From contig JBCBZT010000083.1 in assembly GCA_039815185.1 (NCBI GenBank), positions 1 to 24,029 of the forward strand: a stretch of 24,029 nucleotides of DNA, read 5' to 3'. Position 1 is the stretch's first letter. Every line of letters starts with the position of its first letter. The translations under genes and the position numbers were made by a program. The stretch is from Cyanobacteria bacterium P01_A01_bin.123 (GTDB lineage: Bacteria; Cyanobacteriota; Cyanobacteriia; Phormidesmidales; Phormidesmidaceae). This document shows, piece after piece, positions 15,819-24,029 of the stretch. The notes below the pieces were generated by a model that was not told the DNA's origin, searched no databases, and saw nothing but the letters and a program-made list of their open reading frames with translations.

Positions 15819-16832
15819 ATGGTGAGTCAGTTTTTAGTCAAGTCGTTGAGAAAAGTGGTGGCGATCGCTGCGATCGCACTTTTGGCAACCAGTTGCTCAG
15901 GGGTCTTTCTGTCATCAACGGAGAGCAACCCTTGGAAGGTGATTGACACTGCCAACGATGCCACCTTCTCTGATGTTGCCTTCACTGGTGATCGCAATCA
16001 CGGCTGGCTGGTTGGCAATCACAATACCCTCCTGGAGACGCTCGATGGGGGGAACACTTGGGTGTCTAAATCTCTGGATTTAGAGGGAAATCACACGCTC
16101 ACCTCAGTCAGTTTTGCTGACCAGGAGGGTTGGGTAACGGGTCAACCAAGTTTGTTGCTCCACACCAAAGACGGGGGCCAATCCTGGGAGCGGATTCAGC
16201 TCAGCGCAAAACTGCCGGGAGAGCCGTTCATGATTACGGCCCTAGGGCCAAATTCTGCCGAAATGGCTACCGATGTGGGGGCAATTTATGTTACTCAAAA
16301 CTCAGGGAGTAACTGGACAGCCCTGGTTGAAGCAGCTATTGGCGTCTTGCGTAACATTAATCGTTCTGAAGACGGTCAATATGTCGCAGTATCTTCCCGA
16401 GGCAACTTTTATTCAACTTGGCAGCCTGGACAGCGTACTTGGCAGCCCCATAATCGACAAAACTCTCGCCGCTTACAGAATATGGGCTTTTCAGCAGATG
16501 GCAATTTTTGGCTGATTGCTCGAGGGGGCCAAATCCGCTTTGGCACCAACGCCGACACTGAAGAGTGGCAAGACCCGATTAATCCTGAGTTATCGACCAG
16601 TTGGGGGCTATTAGACATTGCTTATCGCACAGCAGATGAAATTTGGGTGTCTGGCGGCAGTGGAAGTATGCTCTACAGCCCTGACGGCGGCAAGAGTTGG
16701 CAAAAGGATAGCGCCCTAGAAAATGTGCCTTCAAACTTGTATCGCATTGTGTTTATCAGCCCCGATCAGGGATTTGTGATGGGGCAACGAGGTATTCTAC
16801 TGAAGTATGAAGGAGATCCCCAGTCTGTTTAG
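15819..16832 (+). CDS. ycf48: PSII assembly factor Ycf48/HCF136
   Basis: Lipoprotein-like signal (LATSC), BNR repeats, AVSSRGNFYSTW, SRRLQNMGF. Confidence 0.95.
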   Translation: MVSQFLVKSLRKVVAIAAIALLATSCSGVFLSSTESNPWKVIDTANDATFSDVAFTGDRNHGWLVGNHNTLLETLDGGNTWVSKSLDLEGNHTLTSVSFADQEGWVTGQPSLLLHTKDGGQSWERIQLSAKLPGEPFMITALGPNSAEMATDVGAIYVTQNSGSNWTALVEAAIGVLRNINRSEDGQYVAVSSRGNFYSTWQPGQRTWQPHNRQNSRRLQNMGFSADGNFWLIARGGQIRFGTNADTEEWQDPINPELSTSWGLLDIAYRTADEIWVSGGSGSMLYSPDGGKSWQKDSALENVPSNLYRIVFISPDQGFVMGQRGILLKYEGDPQSV

Positions 16833-16970
16833 TGCGTGTACCCTTTCGAGCCAAATTGGCAGATTAGAAAACGCCTGTCCGCCCCATATCGAGTTTTTTC
16901 TTGTTCGGGCAAGCTTCATTTCGTATGATAGGAACAAGCGTTTTAATTTCTTTTTATAGGAGGTATCAAG

Positions 16971-17219
16971 ATGACTGGTAGCACCGGAGAAAGACCTTTT
17001 TCAGACATCATTACAAGCATCCGTTACTGGGTGATTCATAGCGTCACGATTCCAGCGTTATTCATTGCAGGCTGGCTATTTGTTAGCACTGGCTTGGCCT
17101 ACGATGCTTTCGGCACTCCCCGACCCAATGAGTATTATCCTAATAATCAGATGGAGCTGCCAATTCTCCAAGATCGTTATGGGGCAGACGAGCAAATCAA
17201 CGACTTCACATCACCATAG
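16971..17219 (+). CDS. psbE: Cytochrome b559 alpha subunit
   Basis: [33 protein letters not shown]. Confidence 0.98.
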   Translation: MTGSTGERPFSDIITSIRYWVIHSVTIPALFIAGWLFVSTGLAYDAFGTPRPNEYYPNNQMELPILQDRYGADEQINDFTSP

Positions 17220-17273
17220 TCGGATCAATCCTATCTTTATTGTTTCAGAGTTAAAGCTAGCCCATTTTGAACC

Positions 17274-17408
17274 ATGACCAACAGTAATTTCAACGAGCCA
17301 ACCGTTTATCCCATTTTTACAATCAGATGGCTTTCAGTTCACGCCCTTGCTGTACCAACTGTTTTCTTTTTGGGCGCGATCGCCGCGATGCAATTTATTC
17401 AGCGATAG
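17274..17408 (+). CDS. psbF: Cytochrome b559 beta subunit
   Basis: Hand-translated [44 protein letters not shown]. Confidence 0.97.
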   Translation: MTNSNFNEPTVYPIFTIRWLSVHALAVPTVFFLGAIAAMQFIQR

Positions 17409-17417
17409 GAGTATTTC

Positions 17418-17537
17418 ATGGATCGTACTAAAAACCCCAATAAGCAACCCGTCGAGCTAAACCGGACTTCTCTCTATCTTGGTTTACTGCTTGTTTTTGT
17501 TCTTGGATTGTTGTTTTCTAGCTATTTCTTCAACTAG
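17418..17537 (+). CDS. psbL: Photosystem II protein L
   Basis: Hand-translated [39 protein letters not shown]. Confidence 0.97.
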   Translation: MDRTKNPNKQPVELNRTSLYLGLLLVFVLGLLFSSYFFN

Positions 17538-17687
17538 GACATAGTTGAGTTAAACAACATCCAATCTGAAAGCTTAAGCTTTTGGCTTAGGCAAATCGCG
17601 ATCATGGACTTGATCAAAGTATATTTTCGAACATTTCTCTAACGGTACTTTTACCGTATAGACTCAAAAACGCTTAGGAGGTGTGTT

Positions 17688-17807
17688 GTGAATCAAGGCG
17701 GTCGGATTCCTTTGTGGATCGTGGCAACTATTGCAGGTACTGGCGTGCTGGTTGTCGTAGGCTTATTTTTCTACGGAGCTTATGCAGGTGTGGGGTCTGC
17801 GATTTAG
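17688..17807 (+). CDS. psbJ: Photosystem II protein J
   Basis: GTG start after [45 protein letters not shown]. Confidence 0.96.
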   Translation: MNQGGRIPLWIVATIAGTGVLVVVGLFFYGAYAGVGSAI

Positions 17808-17909
17808 GCTTCCAGTGCCAGCTCATGGCCCTATCTGTTAATTTATCTGAAGACACGGTTTGTTTTGATGGGTTGAGCGTTTAGTCTCCATCTGCGTGTG
17901 GCATTAACT

Positions 17910-17955
17910 AAAAAAAGGAAAGCGCTGTTTGCTACAACAAACAGCGCTTTCTTTT
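17910..17955. terminator. Bidirectional intrinsic terminator (psbJ/psaI)
   Basis: 14-bp stem GAAAGCGCTGTTTG/CAAACAGCGCTTTC, A-run before and T-run after. Confidence 0.85.
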
Positions 17956-17989
17956 GTCATTGATGTCTGATCATCCTCAATGCAGCCCC

Positions 17990-18100
17990 TCAAACCGCAT
18001 CTTCACGCTCGATATAGAGGAAGAGAAAAGCCATGGTTACCGCTGGGAAAATAATGCCTACCAAAGGAACCAGTATTGATGGAAGAAATGAAGCTGTCAT
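17990..18100 (-). CDS. psaI: Photosystem I subunit VIII
   Basis: Hand-translated [36 protein letters not shown]. Confidence 0.93.
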   Translation of the reverse strand: MTASFLPSILVPLVGIIFPAVTMAFLFLYIEREDAV

Positions 18101-18198
18101 GCTATGTTTCCTTTTCAACGCTAATTAAATATTACATTGCTGAGAGCATTCTACCAGTAAGTCGACAACTTGTTCTCTTGTCCTACCTAGCAGCGTGC

Positions 18199-20832
18199 TT
18201 AAACATCAAATTCGTCCAATGAGAGGGAGGGCAAGTCCGCAGGCGTAACCCGACGATTACAAATGACCCGCTCACTCTCACGTTGGGTGGGCATATCAAC
18301 CGCGATCGCAGCGACTTGTATCTCCAGGCAATGCATAGGAACCGTCACCCTCAAGGTCGTTTCGACACTCCCCTGACCATTGGGTTCTAGATACATCAAC
18401 CAACGGGGTTCATCGACCAATGTCCGAGTTTGGCGATCGCTGACCCATAGCTTAACGTAAAGCCGTTGATCGCTATCGGGTAACACAATCCGAATCGGTA
18501 ACTGCTGCCCAGCCTTAAAATCTCCATCGGGTAGAAAAACCTGAGGTTGCGGAATCATCCATTGATCATCCCTGTCAGTAAATGAAGGTTGGACTTCATC
18601 AGGAAGCAGCGCATCAGGTAGCCCCGCGATCGCAGGAGTATCCTCATAAATGACAACCTCATCGGCAAAGCTTGCTTCACCGTAATCCATGCCATTATCA
18701 GTATCCAAAGACGGGGATGTATGCAGCGGGGCCGCATCATCGAGGGGAAGCGGATCAACTGCCGGAGACTGCTCTGGAGGCACAACCACCTCACTGGCCG
18801 CCATCGCCGAGCGCAGCTCATGGGACGCTTGATAGCCTTCAATCGCAAACGCATTCAGACGATCCCAAAAGCGGGTTTGCAAATTCAATGCTTGAAATGA
18901 AGATTCTACCTGAGCCTTAGTTTCAGTTGGCGTATGGGGAGTCTCTGGCAAATTCGAGTCTAAGGCAGTGTCGGATTCAGCCGTCAAATCATTATCCAGC
19001 AATAAATATTGATCGGTATCAGCACTCAGTTCTGTGTCGCTAAGTTCTGCATCGTCCACAAAGGCAAACGCCCGATCTAACGGCGGCTCATCCCAAAGAT
19101 GGGGATCTGCTTCCTGGGCAACCAAGGCTGCATCTAGATCGTCATCAATTGAGCGGAAAACTGGGTTAGCAGCAGCGACGGGCTCTGAGGGGAGTGGATC
19201 TATTGGATACTCAGCGTCTAAATCTCCATGGGTTAGGGCTTCTGATGTTGGTGATAACGCTTCATCTACATCTACCAAAGAATTTGGGTCGAAGGAGTCC
19301 AGGCCTGATTCCTGAGAATTGCTTAAGTCAGGAGCATCGTCACTTGACTGATCAGGTTGAGGAGACTGAGGCGATCGCTTACGGGCAAACCCAGGCAGTT
19401 CTAGCGACTTGGAGCGTAAGTCACCCCCACTATTCCCCATTTCTGGCAACGGGTCATGAGACGCTAAAGGCTGACTGTTCGTCGCAGTTGGGCGGGTAGT
19501 TGCAGGTGTCGTCTTCGATGGCAATGGCGGTAAAGCCAGAGATGCTGTCTCAGCGTCACCAAGCTCAGACTGATAAATTTGAGGCGGCATGATCCAACCC
19601 AGGGCGGGTAAGAGAGAGGACTGCGCCTCTAGACTAGGCAAATCCCCAACGGGCAACGTCAACTTAACAGATTTATTTTTGGACGGCGCGGACGCTGCGG
19701 GCAACAAAACAGAATCGGCCGCTTCTGTCGGCAAAAGGGGCATGACAACCGAATCCACATCTGAGTCATCTTGTGCTTCCGCTTGATCTGCAATCACATC
19801 CAATAATTCATTCAGGGCGATGGTGACTGTAAAGGCCTGGGTTGCCCAGATGTAAGACTGTTGAACTTCAAGACTCGACTGCACCATGACTTCCCCCAGC
19901 ACCAACCGGGTATCTAAGGCATCAGGCAGGTGAATCTCAACTTCAAAGGCTTGATTCGGATCGTCAGTCAGAGGATGTTGAACCTGTTTAATCAGTTCAG
20001 CCGTTTGGGGATCGCGTAAGTAAACGTGCAAGCATAGGGATAGTGGGGATGTATCTATCCCTTGTTCTGTTTCTCCCTGTTCTGCACCCTCCTCATGTTC
20101 TACCCTCGAAAAGGGATGTTTAAACTGCCCAGCCAGGGTAAATAAACGACCATTAGGCAGCACATAGGCCGTTTGCTGAAGCTGGAGGCAAATAGATTCA
20201 GTTGGCGCCACTTCTGACTCAACGGGATCCAGATCAGTCGGGACAACACTATCCCGATGATGATTAGCCTGATCCTCAGCAAGCACAGGACTTAAATCTT
20301 GGTGGACTGTGCTAAGGGGGCTTAGATCATCCACAGGTGATTCGAACGGATTGGCAACTGGCTCCGTATCAACAACATCTGCTGATTGCCGTGAAGCTTC
20401 TGGTATAGTTTCTGGCGCTGCGGCAACTCCCCCTTGCTCTGACCCTCGATCATCCCAATCAGCTGGATCCTCTTCTCGACTTTGGGACAACACCTGGAGC
20501 TGAACGGAATATTGCCAACCCTCGCCCAGAATATCTTCCATCAAATCGCCACCAATACAGCGCAGTTCCCAAGCGCCAGGCCTCAAGTGGGTGAAGGGCA
20601 TGACGACAATTAGCCCTTCCGGATTGGTTTGATGATGGCGTTTATGTACCCGGCGCTTAGGGGGCATCTGGTCAGGCAAGATATGGCTAATGCGAATTTC
20701 CACTGCAGTGCTGATATAGCTTGAGTGGGCCATCACCCGATATCGCCCTTCCAAAATCTCTGCCGTAGAAGATTCCAGGGGCAACCAGGTGCGATCGCCT
20801 TCTTGCTGTAATAAAAACTCCCATTGATCCAT
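18199..20832 (-). CDS. Large acidic hypothetical protein (cyanobacterial type)
   Basis: About 877 aa; folded-looking N-terminal (WEFLLQQEGDRTWLPLE...EGRYR), middle and C-terminal (VKLWVSDRQTR) segments joined by long D/E/P/S-rich linkers. Confidence 0.8.
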   Translation of the reverse strand: MDQWEFLLQQEGDRTWLPLESSTAEILEGRYRVMAHSSYISTAVEIRISHILPDQMPPKRRVHKRHHQTNPEGLIVVMPFTHLRPGAWELRCIGGDLMEDILGEGWQYSVQLQVLSQSREEDPADWDDRGSEQGGVAAAPETIPEASRQSADVVDTEPVANPFESPVDDLSPLSTVHQDLSPVLAEDQANHHRDSVVPTDLDPVESEVAPTESICLQLQQTAYVLPNGRLFTLAGQFKHPFSRVEHEEGAEQGETEQGIDTSPLSLCLHVYLRDPQTAELIKQVQHPLTDDPNQAFEVEIHLPDALDTRLVLGEVMVQSSLEVQQSYIWATQAFTVTIALNELLDVIADQAEAQDDSDVDSVVMPLLPTEAADSVLLPAASAPSKNKSVKLTLPVGDLPSLEAQSSLLPALGWIMPPQIYQSELGDAETASLALPPLPSKTTPATTRPTATNSQPLASHDPLPEMGNSGGDLRSKSLELPGFARKRSPQSPQPDQSSDDAPDLSNSQESGLDSFDPNSLVDVDEALSPTSEALTHGDLDAEYPIDPLPSEPVAAANPVFRSIDDDLDAALVAQEADPHLWDEPPLDRAFAFVDDAELSDTELSADTDQYLLLDNDLTAESDTALDSNLPETPHTPTETKAQVESSFQALNLQTRFWDRLNAFAIEGYQASHELRSAMAASEVVVPPEQSPAVDPLPLDDAAPLHTSPSLDTDNGMDYGEASFADEVVIYEDTPAIAGLPDALLPDEVQPSFTDRDDQWMIPQPQVFLPDGDFKAGQQLPIRIVLPDSDQRLYVKLWVSDRQTRTLVDEPRWLMYLEPNGQGSVETTLRVTVPMHCLEIQVAAIAVDMPTQRESERVICNRRVTPADLPSLSLDEFDV

Positions 20833-20986
20833 AGCCCTCATCCCCGCAGGAGATCGCTGCCGTGTCGCGAAAAATTACCTAGATGCCGAAGTATAGCGGT
20901 CATCTTAACGGCAATCGCCTGAATCAACAAATCCTTTAAGGGTTGTTTGACAAACGGGGCTAGGGTCGTTGACGAATTGACGTCAA

Positions 20987-21508
20987 TCAGGTGCTTGATC
21001 TAGATTGCCAGTAACGTCTGAAATAGACTTTTGCCGCAACCCACAAAGACAGTTGATAGTGCTCTGCCAACAGCCAAGCCACCATACTGCCATGTAATAC
21101 CAGGGTTAACCCAGCCCAAATTTGCGGTAGTGACTGTCCCGGACTATCCACTAGGGGTGGAAATATTTGGGCTGAGAGCCAAACTAATCCAGCTGGAAAA
21201 ACGACTAAGGCAACAGCAACAAGCCAAACCATAAAGGAAAGACTGAAGTCGGGTTGAACCGCAGATCTCCAGTGTCGCCCGAGCCAGTACCAAGTCATGG
21301 GTTGGGTGCTATCAATCACCTGGACAGATTGCTTGGCTAAGTTAGCCGACAGCATGTGACGACAAAAGTTACAGGCAAAAGCATCCATCAGCACTAGGGC
21401 TTCAATCTGGCCATGACGACAAACAGGGCACGGATAGGTATGATCCAGTGACAAACGTCGTGAGGCACCGTTTACCGATGAGGCTAGGGAATTTCTAGAG
21501 CTCGACAT
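20987..21508 (-). CDS. Hypothetical membrane protein with N-terminal zinc ribbon
   Basis: CPVC...CNFC followed by two hydrophobic segments. Confidence 0.75.
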   Translation of the reverse strand: MSSSRNSLASSVNGASRRLSLDHTYPCPVCRHGQIEALVLMDAFACNFCRHMLSANLAKQSVQVIDSTQPMTWYWLGRHWRSAVQPDFSLSFMVWLVAVALVVFPAGLVWLSAQIFPPLVDSPGQSLPQIWAGLTLVLHGSMVAWLLAEHYQLSLWVAAKVYFRRYWQSRSST

Positions 21509-21558
21509 GGCAACCCAAATAGACGGATTGGTAGGGCATAGACTTGAGGGGTTAGGAT

Positions 21559-22359
21559 CTACAGCAAGCCAACCAAGGATGCCCCGCCCACGATCCTAGA
21601 ATATTCACGACCGTTATATTCCAAGATCACGATAGGCTCTTGGCCATTAGCCACGTCAATCTGCTTAACCAAAACTTGGCCAGCCGCAATCCGTTCCCCA
21701 ACCTGGGCATAGCGGCTCCCCTCGTTGGGTACCTGCACAATAGCGCTAACGCGATCGCCCAATTGCACCACCCCAGTCACTTGAATCGAATCGGCTAAAG
21801 AGCCTTGGGAAGCTGGGGGAGTCTGAGGGACGTTGATCGTTGCTATCGTTGGGGATGGCGTTGGAGCCACAGCCACAACTGTACCTTGAGCCGGAGCAGG
21901 CAAGCTTGGCAAGGCAGGTGGTGTAGGCAAGGGAATCAAGCTAATAGACTGGCCCGCTGCAGGGTTGAACGGTGTTGCTGGTGCCCTATCTGGCGCTGCT
22001 GCCATGGTTTGAGCCGTGGTCGCTCTGGGGGTTGTAGGAATAAAGGGTAAAGAAAAGGGATCTTGTCGCCCAGCTGAAATTGAGTTAAGCCGCTGGGGAG
22101 CGTCTGTCGAGCGAACAATCACAGGATCAGCAGCTGAGGGCAAATCAGCCGAGAGCTCAGCTGATTCTGCTACCAAAGAACCGTCAAAGGAGGCCGTTCC
22201 TTCAATAACGATTTTTTCCTCGCCAGCCTCAGCCTGCCGTGACGCAGGGGTCCCGTGACGACTCGATATCAATCCAACCGTGCCCCCAATCGCAGCCGAG
22301 CCTAAAATACCAATCCCCAAACCAATCGCAACTTTCTTGTACTTCGCTTCCAGTTTCAT
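21559..22359 (-). CDS. Pro-rich membrane-anchored protein, possibly PilP/GspC-like
   Basis: N-terminal TM, GRQDPF motif, Pro-rich linker, C-terminal VTGVVQLG...AIVQVP...RYAQVGERI beta domain. Confidence 0.55.
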   Translation of the reverse strand: MKLEAKYKKVAIGLGIGILGSAAIGGTVGLISSRHGTPASRQAEAGEEKIVIEGTASFDGSLVAESAELSADLPSAADPVIVRSTDAPQRLNSISAGRQDPFSLPFIPTTPRATTAQTMAAAPDRAPATPFNPAAGQSISLIPLPTPPALPSLPAPAQGTVVAVAPTPSPTIATINVPQTPPASQGSLADSIQVTGVVQLGDRVSAIVQVPNEGSRYAQVGERIAAGQVLVKQIDVANGQEPIVILEYNGREYSRIVGGASLVGLL

Positions 22360-22441
22360 AACCCATCCCCCACAATCCTGATTTAGGCATGACTCAGGAT
22401 AGCCAATTCTCACCAAATCGGATCATTCTCAGGGACAACAG

Positions 22442-22708
22442 TTAGCTGGATTGATGGATGCTAATCCGCTGATGATCACTCACTCGCCTTTGATTAACAG
22501 CTTGCAGCTCTACCAGCAGCGCGTCGGCTTCAGCCTGGAGATGCAACAACTCAACTTGATGATCAGCCTTATAGGGATAAGATTTGACCTCGATCCAGCA
22601 AATCTTATCGTCTACGGAGGGGTAAGACTCCGGGGCCTCAGAAGAAGACGCTGGAAATGAGGATTCGGTAGACAAAGAAGCTGTTGATACGTTCATTGAT
22701 GATTCCAA
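22442..22708 (-). CDS. Small hypothetical protein
   Basis: 88-aa ORF with coiled-coil-like HQVELLHLQAEADALLVELQ; start codon uncertain. Confidence 0.6.
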   Translation of the reverse strand: MESSMNVSTASLSTESSFPASSSEAPESYPSVDDKICWIEVKSYPYKADHQVELLHLQAEADALLVELQAVNQRRVSDHQRISIHQSS

Positions 22709-22909
22709 GTAAGATTTTTTACTTAAACCACATCCGATTTTAAAATTTGAGCTTGAGCAAAATGGTGGATCTGGATGTGAACGAAGTTTATATCAAAAGA
22801 TTGAGATATTTTAACCTGAAATTGATAGCCTAATTGTAGGGACATCACCACAAAGCCAACCTATTGTTCATGGCAGTTCCCAAATTGGTTGTTTGGCACT
22901 GGATGGACA

Positions 22910-24029
22910 TTAACCTTGGTGTTCTTGATCCTGAATGGCCTGGTTCAGGATTGTTTTGATGTCGTCGAGCTTGAGTTGCAGGGTTAAGTCCAACAGCGAT
23001 CGCCCAAAGGCTTCATAGTCTGGGTTGGTGGTGATGAGGTCCTCCAGTTGTTGGCACACATCGCGGACGTTCTCAGCTTCGACGTTGTCACGGAGCGATC
23101 GCAACGTTTCTAACGGCGGTAAAATCGGCGCTAGTGATTCCTCAGCGGGGGCAGCGTCCTCAGTTGCAGTGGGCAAAGCTTCGGCAGCATATTGCCATTC
23201 CAGCCCCAGCTGATGCGCCAGCATATCCAGCAATTCACCGACATGGACAGGTTTCGGCAAAAAGTCATCCGCCCCTGCATCCAGTGCCAACTGCCGATCC
23301 TGTTGAGATACCGATGCAGAAGACGCAATCACTTTCTGTTGGGACAGGGTGGCGGACTGGCGAATCTGCTTGAGCAACTCATATCCATCCATCACCGGCA
23401 TGGCCAAATCGGCAATCACCCCATCAAACGATTGACGCTGGAGTTGGTCGAGGGCCTGTTGCCCATCTTCTGCTTCGGCAATCTCAAACCCGAGCGGCTT
23501 TAACACAGTCACCAAAACACTGCGGTTGTCCACACGGTCATCCACCACCAACAGCCGACGTTGCTTTCCTTCATAGCCAACAATGGCAGAGTCGATAGTG
23601 CTGCTAACGGTGGGAATGTCCGACTCTGGTGCCAGGGGCACGGCGATCGCAAAGCTAAATTGACTGCCCTCACCCAACTCACTCTGCACCTGAATCTCAG
23701 ACCCCATCAGCTGCACAATCGTCTGGCTAATGGCCAGCCCCAACCCGGAGCCCTCGGCATATCGTTGGCGATCGCCCACCTGCTCAAACGCTTGAAACAG
23801 TTTATCGATATCCTGATCCGCAATGCCCATGCCGGTATCTTCCACCGAGAAGCGGAGGCGACTGATCTCAGCAGCATCGGCAGCAGCAGTTGCTGATGCC
23901 CGCAGCGTCACTGTTCCCTGGTCGGTAAATTTAATCGCATTGCCCAACAAATTGAACAGCACCTGGCGAAATCGTTGTTCATCCAGATAAACCCCTTCCG
24001 GTAATGTCGATTCAACCTGGTAGGCAAAC
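22910..24029 (-). CDS. Hybrid sensor histidine kinase/response regulator, 3' part (5' end beyond the window)
   Basis: N box NLLGNAIKFT, G1 VEDTGMGI, F box, G2 GSGLGLAIS; REC domain VVDD...IADLAMPVMDG...FLPKP. The frame stays open to the window edge. Confidence 0.93.
   Translation of the reverse strand, partial: FAYQVESTLPEGVYLDEQRFRQVLFNLLGNAIKFTDQGTVTLRASATAAADAAEISRLRFSVEDTGMGIADQDIDKLFQAFEQVGDRQRYAEGSGLGLAISQTIVQLMGSEIQVQSELGEGSQFSFAIAVPLAPESDIPTVSSTIDSAIVGYEGKQRRLLVVDDRVDNRSVLVTVLKPLGFEIAEAEDGQQALDQLQRQSFDGVIADLAMPVMDGYELLKQIRQSATLSQQKVIASSASVSQQDRQLALDAGADDFLPKPVHVGELLDMLAHQLGLEWQYAAEALPTATEDAAPAEESLAPILPPLETLRSLRDNVEAENVRDVCQQLEDLITTNPDYEAFGRSLLDLTLQLKLDDIKTILNQAIQDQEHQG

Noticed and set aside
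17681..17884. 67-aa Cys/Arg-rich ORF
   Set aside because: Out-of-frame shadow of psbJ
11736..23896. Numerous 60-140-aa antisense or alternate-frame ORFs in the core region
   Set aside because: They overlap well-supported genes and show no independent coding evidence

Overview
Cyanobacterial chromosomal DNA: HIP1 GCGATCGC is frequent and ndh/psb/psa genes are present; a filamentous Leptolyngbya-like host is only an inference. The window has two halves. (1) 1-11.6 kb is accessory DNA with almost all genes on the + strand. It opens with what I read as an integron-type cassette array: several ~59-89 bp attC-like sites, no integrase in the window. The first attC is split both by a class IIC-attC group II intron (5' end, - strand) and by an IS5/IS1031-group element. 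Small cassette-like genes follow (VOC/glyoxalase, GUN4-domain, DHFR-like, GNAT, hypotheticals). Next is a complete archaeal/eukaryotic-cytosolic-type phenylalanyl-tRNA synthetase pair (485-aa alpha, 552-aa beta), separated by a DUF2283-like pseudogene and a DUF2281-like/MazF toxin-antitoxin pair and followed by a second GNAT. (2) 11.6-24 kb is ordinary cyanobacterial core: GH57, ndhCKJ, rubA-ycf48-psbEFLJ, psaI, four hypotheticals and the 3' part of a hybrid histidine kinase. The best candidates for an undescribed system are the eukaryote/archaea-like PheRS + TA + GNAT module and the decaying cyanobacterial attC array parasitised by intron/IS/MITE-like elements. All assignments come from reading motifs by eye; no searches were run.
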